Source: Gammaproteobacteria bacterium (GTDB lineage Bacteria; Pseudomonadota; Gammaproteobacteria; Eutrophobiales; Eutrophobiaceae). Taken from it: 64,000 nt of DNA. The position numbers and the translations under genes are program-made. Each line of letters starts with the position of its first letter. Position 1 is the first letter of the stretch. The DNA is taken from the NCBI GenBank assembly GCA_030829955.1, contig JAURNY010000019.1, positions 699 to 64,698 on the forward strand, written 5' to 3'. Shown here in pieces: positions 31,274 through 39,861 of the stretch. Under the pieces are notes generated by a model. It did not search any database, was not told the origin of the DNA, and was given only the letters and a program-made list of their open reading frames with translations.

Positions 31274-32440
31274 TTAACGCTTCATGACATTTTCATTTTT
31301 GTCTTCTTCGAGACTTAAATGATCCAGACCATCCATCTTGTCTTTACCCTTGGTGGCTTTGCCTTCCAGTTTAATTCTCAAACGAAGTTCGTTCATCGAA
31401 TCTGCTGATCGTAATGCGTCTTCATAAGTAATTTTATCTGATTCGTAGAGATCGAATAACGCCTGATCAAAGGTCTTCATACCTAATTCATTTGATTTCG
31501 CCATAATGGCCTTAATTTCATGCACGTCACCTTTGTGAATCAAATCCGAAATCAATGGTGAATTAAGCAGTATTTCAATTGCCGCAACACGACTTTTACC
31601 ATCTGGTGTTTTCAGCAGTCGTTGTGAGATTACCGCTTTAAGGTTTAGTGACAAATCCATCAACAACTGGGGTTTACGTTCTTCAGGGAAAAAGTTGATT
31701 ATACGATCAAGTGCCTGATTGGCACTATTCGCGTGAAGCGTTGCCATTGCTAAGTGTCCGGTTTCGGCGAAGGCAATACCAAACTCCATGGTTTCCTTAT
31801 CACGAATTTCACCAAGCAAAATAACATCAGGTGCCTGACGCAGGGTGTTTTTAAGCGCGATATCCCAGTCATCAGTATCCACTCCTACTTCTCGCTGCAT
31901 GATGATACAGTTTTTATGTGGATGTACATATTCAACCGGGTCTTCGATAGTGATAATATGGCCATAACTATTCTCGTTACGATAATCAATCATCGCGGCG
32001 AGCGAAGTTGATTTACCTGAACCGGTACCACCGACCATGATCACTAGACCATTCTTGGTCATGACTACTTCTTTCAATACTTCGGGCAAACCTAACTTAT
32101 CCAGATTCGGTACTTCTGTTTCAATCACACGCAAGACCATACCGGCGCAACCTTGTTGCACATAGGCATTAGCGCGAAATCGACCTATACCAGCTGGTGC
32201 TACCGCAAAATTACACTCTTTTGTTGCTTCAAATTCTTTGAGCTGCTTATCATTCATGATGGCATAAGTTAACGCCTTAGTATTATCAGAGGTCAAATTT
32301 GTCTTTGATACTGGTGTAACCTTGCCATGAATCTTGATCGCGGGTGGAAAGCCAACAGTAATAAATAAGTCAGAGCCTTTCTTTTCAATCATGAGCGTTA
32401 AAAGATCGCGCATAAATTTTATCGCTTGATCTCTTTCCAT
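31274..32440 (-). CDS. pilU: Type IV pilus ATPase PilU
   Basis: 388 aa. Similar along its whole length to P. aeruginosa PilU (MVEKKGSDLFIT, GGTGSGKSTS, TLHANSANQALDRI, AAIEILLN) with a charged C-terminal tail. Confidence 0.88.
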   Translation of the reverse strand: MERDQAIKFMRDLLTLMIEKKGSDLFITVGFPPAIKIHGKVTPVSKTNLTSDNTKALTYAIMNDKQLKEFEATKECNFAVAPAGIGRFRANAYVQQGCAGMVLRVIETEVPNLDKLGLPEVLKEVVMTKNGLVIMVGGTGSGKSTSLAAMIDYRNENSYGHIITIEDPVEYVHPHKNCIIMQREVGVDTDDWDIALKNTLRQAPDVILLGEIRDKETMEFGIAFAETGHLAMATLHANSANQALDRIINFFPEERKPQLLMDLSLNLKAVISQRLLKTPDGKSRVAAIEILLNSPLISDLIHKGDVHEIKAIMAKSNELGMKTFDQALFDLYESDKITYEDALRSADSMNELRLRIKLEGKATKGKDKMDGLDHLSLEEDKNENVMKR

Positions 32441-32474
32441 CTATTTCTCCCCGCTTATTATGTTACTGAATAAA

Positions 32475-33509
32475 TTAAAAGTTATCTTTGTTCGCCGCTT
32501 TGGACATGGCTTCTTGTCTTGTTACCACATTTTTTCGCACTAATTCCTGCAGATTCTGATCCAGTGTCTGCATACCAAATTGCTGACCTGTCTGGATAGC
32601 TGAATACATCTGCGCAATCTTGTTTTCACGAATCAGGTTTCGAATAGCCGGCGTACCAATCATAATTTCATGTGCAGCTACACGACCACCGCCCTGTTTC
32701 TTTAAAAGTGTTTGTGAAATTACCGCTTTGAGGGATTCCGACAACATCGCACGCACCATATCTTTTTCCTCTGCCGGGAACACGTCGACCACACGGTCAA
32801 TGGTTTTAGCAGCAGAACTAGTATGTAATGTTCCAAACACCAAGTGACCTGTTTCAGCCGCAGATAATGCTAATCGAATGGTTTCAAGATCGCGCATTTC
32901 TCCCACCAGAATCACGTCTGGATCCTCACGAAGCGCTGAACGTAATGCTTCATTAAAACCTAGAGTATCGCGATGAACTTCACGCTGGTTGATCAGACAT
33001 TTTTTACTGGTGTGTACAAATTCGATGGGATCCTCTACGGTTAAAATATGACCATATTCTGTTTCATTCTTATGATTTACCATAGCCGCCAGTGTAGTCG
33101 ATTTACCAGAGCCTGTTGGCCCTGTCACTAACACCACACCACGTGGATAATCGGCAATAGTTTCAAATATTTTAGGTGCGTTTAATTGCTCTAATGAGAG
33201 AATTTCAGAAGGAATGGTACGAAACACCGCACCGGCACCACGGTTCTGGTTGAAGGCATTAACACGAAAACGAGCTAAACCAGGCACCTCGAAAGAAAAA
33301 TCACACTCAAGGAATTCCTCAAAATCCTTGCGCTGCTTGTCGTTCATGATGTCGTACACCATATCATGTACGTCTTTGTGGTCGAGTGATGGTACATTTA
33401 TACGGCGTACGTCACCATCCACACGAATCATTGGTGGTAAACCTGCAGACAAGTGCAAGTCGGAACAACCGTTCTTTACACCAAACGCTAGAAGCTCACC
33501 AATATCCAT
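32475..33509 (-). CDS. pilT: Twitching motility ATPase PilT
   Basis: 344 aa with very high similarity to P. aeruginosa PilT (MDIGELLAFGVKNGCSDLHLSAGLPPMIRVDGDVRRIN … TGPTGSGKSTT … GTLHTSSAAKTIDRV … AAHEIMIGTPAIRNLIRE). Confidence 0.93.
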   Translation of the reverse strand: MDIGELLAFGVKNGCSDLHLSAGLPPMIRVDGDVRRINVPSLDHKDVHDMVYDIMNDKQRKDFEEFLECDFSFEVPGLARFRVNAFNQNRGAGAVFRTIPSEILSLEQLNAPKIFETIADYPRGVVLVTGPTGSGKSTTLAAMVNHKNETEYGHILTVEDPIEFVHTSKKCLINQREVHRDTLGFNEALRSALREDPDVILVGEMRDLETIRLALSAAETGHLVFGTLHTSSAAKTIDRVVDVFPAEEKDMVRAMLSESLKAVISQTLLKKQGGGRVAAHEIMIGTPAIRNLIRENKIAQMYSAIQTGQQFGMQTLDQNLQELVRKNVVTRQEAMSKAANKDNF

Positions 33510-33685
33510 TAGTACCCCTCCTTAGAAAATATATAATGATATTTCTGTTTTACACCATCTAAATTAGTGTCTAATCAAATAAAAATGATGAAATCTAATA
33601 TGACATTATTTTGTTATTATTTCATCATCATGTATTTTCATATTACTGATATTTTAAATTATAGACTAGCGTATTTTGTGAATTT

Positions 33686-34366
33686 ATGACGATTGCTGAA
33701 AACCTTGAACGTATCAAAGCCAACATAGATAATATTGAGCAAAAATATAATAGGGCTGCCGGTTCGGTTAAATTAATTGCTGTAAGTAAACGTAAACCTG
33801 CGTCGGCAATTCTTGAAGCCATTAACCATGGTCAAATGGATTTTGGCGAAAACTATCTACAGGAAGCGATAGACAAGATTGAATCAATCAAACAACAGGG
33901 AATCATCTGGCATTTCATAGGGCCAATCCAGTCCAATAAAACCACAACAATCGCCAAGAATTTTGACTGGGTACATACAGTGGATCGCATCAAGATCGCT
34001 CGTCGTTTAAATGATGCTCGTCCGACACATAAATCACCGCTCAATATCTGTATTCAAATTAATATCAGTAATGAAACGAGCAAATCCGGTATCAAACTCA
34101 CAGACGCAGACTCGTTTGTAAAAGCACTGGGTGAATTTAAACAACTTAATATACGAGGACTCATGGCACTACCTGCACCAGAGCAGGATTTTGAAAAACA
34201 ACGCCAACCCTTTGCCGAGTTACAAAGTTTAATGATTAGATTACAAAAATTTGCACCATCAATAGATACATTATCTATAGGCACGACTCAGGACATGCAG
34301 GCGGCTATTGCTGAAGGTGCAACAATGGTACGTATAGGCACTGCTATATTTGGTGAACGCGATTAG
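33686..34366 (+). CDS. yggS: PLP-homeostasis protein YggS (alanine-racemase N-terminal-like fold)
   Basis: 226 aa. YggS/PROSC family motifs and the PLP-binding Lys context (LIAVSKRKP). Divergent from pilT as in Pseudomonas. Confidence 0.88.
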   Translation: MTIAENLERIKANIDNIEQKYNRAAGSVKLIAVSKRKPASAILEAINHGQMDFGENYLQEAIDKIESIKQQGIIWHFIGPIQSNKTTTIAKNFDWVHTVDRIKIARRLNDARPTHKSPLNICIQINISNETSKSGIKLTDADSFVKALGEFKQLNIRGLMALPAPEQDFEKQRQPFAELQSLMIRLQKFAPSIDTLSIGTTQDMQAAIAEGATMVRIGTAIFGERD

Positions 34367-34407
34367 GTATTGCTAAACTGCATCGATTAAATTTTGGTGG
34401 AAATACC

Positions 34408-35232
34408 GTGAAAACAAACAAAATAGCATTTATAGGTTGTGGCAATATGGCAAAAAGCCTAATTGGTGGGCTTTTGGCAAATGATTTTAATGTCCATGAC
34501 ATCATCGCCAGCGACCCAAATATTGAACAACGTAAATCATTAAGTGATGAATTAAAAATTCACACCGTAGCAACCAACAACGAAGTTGTAGAGATTGCAA
34601 ATGTTGTTATTCTGGCTGTAAAACCACAAGTAATGAAACAGGTTGTATCCGAACTTGCTGACGCAATTAAACAAAAAGATAAACTTATTATTTCGATTGC
34701 GGCAGGCATAAGGCTTGAATCTCTGGAAAGCTGGTTACAGTCTAGGGAAGCGATTGTAAGAGTGATGCCTAATACGCCAGCACTAATTCAGGCAGGAATT
34801 GCAGGCATGTATGCTAGTGCTAAAACTAATGACGAACAGAAGCGACTGGCAAAATATATTATGTCATCTGTTGGTTCAGCAGTATGGTTGAAAGATGAAA
34901 AACAGATTGATAGTGTTACAGCATTATCAGGTAGTGGCCCTGCTTATTTCTTTTATTTCATGGAAGCAATGGAAAATGCAGCATTAGAACTTGGGCTTAG
35001 TTCAGAAATTGCTAGAAAACTCACATTAGAAACAGCATTAGGGGCTGCAAAGATGGCAGTCTCGTCTACACAAACACCCGCTGAATTAAGACAAAATGTC
35101 ACTTCTCCCGGTGGCACAACAGAACAGGCAATAACTATTTTTCAGAATGAGAAACTTGATGAAATAGTGAAACAAGCAATGCAAGCAGCAAAACAACGAT
35201 CAATCGAATTATCAGAAGAAGCAGGAAGTTAA
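34408..35232 (+). CDS. proC: Pyrroline-5-carboxylate reductase
   Basis: 274 aa. N-terminal KIAFIGCGNMAKSL Rossmann motif and ProC C-terminal dimerisation domain; GTG start. Confidence 0.88.
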   Translation: MKTNKIAFIGCGNMAKSLIGGLLANDFNVHDIIASDPNIEQRKSLSDELKIHTVATNNEVVEIANVVILAVKPQVMKQVVSELADAIKQKDKLIISIAAGIRLESLESWLQSREAIVRVMPNTPALIQAGIAGMYASAKTNDEQKRLAKYIMSSVGSAVWLKDEKQIDSVTALSGSGPAYFFYFMEAMENAALELGLSSEIARKLTLETALGAAKMAVSSTQTPAELRQNVTSPGGTTEQAITIFQNEKLDEIVKQAMQAAKQRSIELSEEAGS

Positions 35233-35233
35233 T

Positions 35234-35818
35234 ATGGGAGGAAGCTACTTAGGGCAGGCAGGGGTATTTTTAATTGAAGTACTATTTGGGCTTTATATTC
35301 TTGCGCTAATGTTACGTTTTTTGTTAGCGATGGTACGCGCTGATTTCCATAACCAACTCTCACAATTTATTGTAAAGGTAACTAATCCACCTCTGGTACC
35401 ATTACGCAGATTTATTCCAGCCTTTATGGGCATAGATTGGGCAAACATCATTTTGATATTCGCCTTACAATCTATCGCCATCATGCTCACCATGATGATA
35501 GTCGCAGGCGGCATCGCTGCGCCTGCAGGTTTATTAGTCATTACATTGGCTGAAATACTAAAAACACTTATCTACCTCTATTTATTTATCATCCTGATAC
35601 AAGTCGTTATCAGTTGGGTTAATCCGGGCACCTACAACCCCATGACTGTTATGATGCATCAATTAACAGAGCCTTTAATGCGATCGGTAAGAAGAATAAT
35701 CCCGCCCGCAGGTGGCTTTGATTGGTCGGCGTTAATTGTAATCATATTATTGCAATTAGGCCTGATATTAATTGTTACACCTATTGCTGATATTGGACGC
35801 AGACTTTCTATTGGCTGA
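35234..35818 (+). CDS. yggT: YggT family membrane protein
   Basis: 194 aa. Duplicated YGGT hydrophobic repeats, and positioned after proC. Confidence 0.8.
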   Translation: MGGSYLGQAGVFLIEVLFGLYILALMLRFLLAMVRADFHNQLSQFIVKVTNPPLVPLRRFIPAFMGIDWANIILIFALQSIAIMLTMMIVAGGIAAPAGLLVITLAEILKTLIYLYLFIILIQVVISWVNPGTYNPMTVMMHQLTEPLMRSVRRIIPPAGGFDWSALIVIILLQLGLILIVTPIADIGRRLSIG

Positions 35819-36113
35819 CCACTTTTACAAATGGCAAGATAACAACTTGCTTCTAAAAATTCATATTCAAGCCAATGGCAAAACCAATGAGTTTATTGGC
35901 ATACATAACCAGTCTCTAAAGGTAAAAATTAAATCGCCGCCTATTGATGGCAAAGCAAATAAAACCATCATTAAATTTTTAGCAACCAAGTTTAACCTAT
36001 CAAAATCATCTATATCAATTATCAGTGGAGAATTAAATCGTGCTAAACGGGTTCTGATAAAAGAGGTTAATAAACTTCCAGAATGGTTAATAGAATTAGA
36101 TAAAAATTTATAA
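35772..36113 (+). CDS. yggU: DUF167 (YggU) family protein
   Basis: LLKIHIQANGKTNEFIGIH…KVKIKSPPIDGKANKTIIKFLA matches the YggU YIQPKASRD…VKVAITAPPVDGQAN pattern. The true start is probably a TTG near 35811 overlapping the yggT stop. Confidence 0.7.
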   Translation: MLHLLLILDADFLLADHFYKWQDNNLLLKIHIQANGKTNEFIGIHNQSLKVKIKSPPIDGKANKTIIKFLATKFNLSKSSISIISGELNRAKRVLIKEVNKLPEWLIELDKNL

Positions 36114-36899
36114 CTAAAATTTCAAATCATATTCTATTATCAATGGCGCATGATCAGAAAACCGTTCATCTTTATAAATAGAAACCTTTTTAATCTTGTT
36201 TTTCAAACCTGGCGTCACAATCTGATAGTCAATACGCCAACCAACATTATTTGCCCATGCCTGACCGCGGTTTGACCACCATGTATATTGATCAGGGTCC
36301 TGATTAATTACCCTAAATGAATCTACCATTCCTACTTTATCGAATAACTCATCAAGCCACGCCCGTTCTTCAGGTAAAAAACCGGAATTTTTTAAATTAC
36401 CTTTCCAATTTTTTAGATCAATTTCCTTATGTGCAATATTCCAGTCGCCACACAAAATATATTCATTTTTATGTTTGACCATCTTCTTTAAAATTGGCAT
36501 AAAGCGATCAAGAAAATCGAACTTGGCCTGTTGGCGTTCATCGCTAGAAGAGCCTGAAGGAAGATATAAGGACACAATACTCAGCTTGCCGAAATCTACT
36601 TGCAAATACCTTCCTTCAGTATCGGCAGTCTCCCAACCCAATTGCGCAGTGACTTTATCGGGTTGTTTTTTACAATAGACAGCCGTTCCGCTATAACCCT
36701 TCTTTTTTGCATCATTAAAAAAAGCTACATAGCCTTTTGGATTCAAGATTTCGTCTGTTAATTGACCAACTTGCGCCTTGGTTTCCTGTACGCAGATGAC
36801 ATCAGCCTTACACTTTTGTATCCAATAAAAAAAACCTTTTCTATGTGCTGCGCGTATGCCATTGACATTAACACTAACGACCTTCACTGTTTCCTCCAT
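36114..36899 (-). CDS. crc: Catabolite repression control protein Crc (EEP/exonuclease III-fold, Hfq-associated translational co-repressor homologue)
   Basis: About 261 aa from MEETVKVVSVNVNGIRAA. The central region GWETADTEGRYLQVDFGKLSIVSLYLPSGSSSDERQQAKFDFLDRF and the C-terminal FSDHAPLIIEYD resemble P. aeruginosa Crc much more than E. coli XthA. Divergent from pyrE as in Pseudomonas. The ORF-track N-terminal 28 aa are probably not translated. Confidence 0.65.
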   Translation of the reverse strand: MEETVKVVSVNVNGIRAAHRKGFFYWIQKCKADVICVQETKAQVGQLTDEILNPKGYVAFFNDAKKKGYSGTAVYCKKQPDKVTAQLGWETADTEGRYLQVDFGKLSIVSLYLPSGSSSDERQQAKFDFLDRFMPILKKMVKHKNEYILCGDWNIAHKEIDLKNWKGNLKNSGFLPEERAWLDELFDKVGMVDSFRVINQDPDQYTWWSNRGQAWANNVGWRIDYQIVTPGLKNKIKKVSIYKDERFSDHAPLIIEYDLKF

Positions 36900-37001
36900 C
36901 TGATTGCGGTATGATATAAAGAGAAGCTGGCAGCTTGCCAAATTCATCGACAAAGATAAAGTCGATGAATTTATAAATAACACTTTCTACAGGAACATCG
37001 T

Positions 37002-37658
37002 ATGGAACCTTTTCAAAAAGAATTTATTGAATTTGCCTTGGCAAAGCACGTATTACGCTTTGGTGAATTCACTTTAAAGTCTGGTCGTATCAGTCCTTAC
37101 TTTTTTAATAGTGGCTTATTTAATGATGGTGAGACTCTAGCGAAACTTGGCCATTTCTATGCGGCAGCAATTGAACATTCAGATATTGATTTTGATATGC
37201 TTTATGGTCCGGCATATAAAGGAATTCCACTAGCCTCAGCCATGTCGATCGCTTTGTCTTACCACTTCAAGAAAAATATGCCTTTCGCATTTAATCGTAA
37301 AGAAGCCAAAGATCATGGTGAAGGTGGCATTATCTTCGGATCGAAGATAAATGGGAAAGCATTAATTGTTGATGACGTCATATCTGCAGGCACGTCCATT
37401 AGAGAGTCTATCGACATCATTACACAGGAAGGCGGTACTGTTGCGGCAGCCATTGTTGCTGTTGATCGACAGGAAAAGGGACAGGGAGAAACTTCTGCTA
37501 TTCAGGAAGTGGAGCAACAATTTGGTTTTTCAATAATTAGCATAATTAATCTTGAACAAATCATTGCCTATATTACCGAGAATAGTAATAGTGAAATCGG
37601 GCAATATCTTGATTCAATTAAGGATTATAAACAGCGTTATGGCACTATTAGCACATGA
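37002..37658 (+). CDS. pyrE: Orotate phosphoribosyltransferase
   Basis: 218 aa. PyrE N-terminus FIEFALAKHVLRFGEFTLKSGRISPYFFN and the PRPP motif LIVDDVISAGTS. Confidence 0.92.
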   Translation: MEPFQKEFIEFALAKHVLRFGEFTLKSGRISPYFFNSGLFNDGETLAKLGHFYAAAIEHSDIDFDMLYGPAYKGIPLASAMSIALSYHFKKNMPFAFNRKEAKDHGEGGIIFGSKINGKALIVDDVISAGTSIRESIDIITQEGGTVAAAIVAVDRQEKGQGETSAIQEVEQQFGFSIISIINLEQIIAYITENSNSEIGQYLDSIKDYKQRYGTIST

Positions 37659-37707
37659 CAGCAATAGTGAAAAATTATTATAAATAAAGGATAGATTTAC
37701 AGGAGGC

Positions 37708-38340
37708 ATGATGAATACTCGTATCTTAAGTCAACTCATTTTGATAGTGAGTGTATCAGGACTTTTAGTCGCACCAAATGCTCAGGCAAGGATGAAGTGC
37801 TGGAAAAATCATGAAGGGATTACAGAGTGCGGCGACACTGTTCCTCCTGAGTTTGCACAAAAAGGTCATAAAGAAATTGGCGAAAGCGGAATGGTACGTG
37901 AAGAAGTGCAACGAGCAAAGACGCCTGAAGAATTAGCCGAAGAAGAACGACTTGCAAAAATAGAAGCAGAAAAACAAAAGGCGCTTGAAGAAGAGCAATT
38001 AAAAGATCGCATTTTAATTGAAACCTTTGCTAGCGTAGAAGATCTTGAAAAAGCGAGAGATGATCGGATTATCGCACTGAATTCATCAATTAAACTTGTA
38101 GAAACCCGTAATAAAAAAATTCAAGCTGATTTGGATAGTCTTATCGCAAGGGCTGCCGCAGATGAACGCTCAGGCAAGCAACCATCAGAAGCGTTATTGC
38201 TAGATATTGAAACGCTCAAAAGACAGATAAAAAATAATAATGACTTTATTGCTGAAAAAAGAGCAAAGCAGGAAGAAATTCACAACTCACATGGTAAAGA
38301 CGTTGCACGCTTTAAAAAGCTAAAAGGTATAAAAGACTAA
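37708..38340 (+). CDS. DUF4124-like secreted coiled-coil protein
   Basis: Signal peptide, an N-terminal KCWKNHEGITECGDTVPP motif typical of DUF4124, then a long charged coiled coil. Its stop overlaps the slmA stop on the opposite strand. Confidence 0.55.
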   Translation: MMNTRILSQLILIVSVSGLLVAPNAQARMKCWKNHEGITECGDTVPPEFAQKGHKEIGESGMVREEVQRAKTPEELAEEERLAKIEAEKQKALEEEQLKDRILIETFASVEDLEKARDDRIIALNSSIKLVETRNKKIQADLDSLIARAAADERSGKQPSEALLLDIETLKRQIKNNNDFIAEKRAKQEEIHNSHGKDVARFKKLKGIKD

Positions 38341-38927
38341 CGAAAAAGCCCCTGTTTCATCACAGCCCATTGTTCATCCCAATGTTCAGTGGGTTTTTTT
38401 ATAAACGATGTTCTGACAAACTGTGACATCTTGCCCTCAACATAAGTCGCCATCATATTTGATGCTGCTTCTATATTACTGATGGGGCGGACTCCATTAG
38501 ACAGGTTTGCTTCTCTCAATAACTGTTTAAATTGAATTTCCAAACGTTCAAAAAACTGTATCACTCGTTTATGTAATCTCTCGTTTTCTCCAAGCAAGGC
38601 ATCACCAATCAAAATACGCGTAATACCTGGGTTACGCTCCGAAAAACCCAGTGATAACTGCATAATCTTTTCACAACGAGTTGTTACTTCTGTTTCATTT
38701 TTAATAATCTTGCTAATCAAACCAAAAACAGTTTCTTCAGAGAAATCGATCAATGCTTCAAACATTTTTGCCTTGCTGGCAAAGTGTCTATATAGAGCCG
38801 CTTCGGATACGCCTACTGCACTTGCAAGACCAGCTGTGGTAATTCGCAAACCGGGATTTGTTTCAAGTTCATTCGCCAAAACTTCAAGAATGTGTTGACG
38901 ACGATTTTTCTTTCTCTCTGTAGTCAT
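38337..38927 (-). CDS. slmA: Nucleoid occlusion factor SlmA (TetR family)
   Basis: 196 aa. Strong similarity to E. coli SlmA, including RITTAGLASAVGVSEAALYRHFASK (HTH) and LGFSERNPGITRIL. Confidence 0.8.
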   Translation of the reverse strand: MTTERKKNRRQHILEVLANELETNPGLRITTAGLASAVGVSEAALYRHFASKAKMFEALIDFSEETVFGLISKIIKNETEVTTRCEKIMQLSLGFSERNPGITRILIGDALLGENERLHKRVIQFFERLEIQFKQLLREANLSNGVRPISNIEAASNMMATYVEGKMSQFVRTSFIKKPTEHWDEQWAVMKQGLFR

Positions 38928-38940
38928 TAGTCTGCTCTTT

Positions 38941-39849
<909 letters not shown>

Positions 39850-39861
39850 TTATAAAATTAA

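Noticed and set aside
36114-36899. Calling this gene exodeoxyribonuclease III (xthA)
   Set aside because: The central and C-terminal regions align far better with Pseudomonas Crc than with E. coli XthA, and the gene sits next to pyrE as crc does in Pseudomonas. It is kept as Crc-like, but nuclease activity cannot be excluded from sequence alone.
36900-36983. 28-aa N-terminal extension of the crc ORF (MLFINSSTLSLSMNLASCQLLFISYRNQ)
   Set aside because: Homologous Crc and Xth proteins start at the MEETVKV-equivalent position. The extension would almost abut pyrE's divergent start and has no conservation signal.
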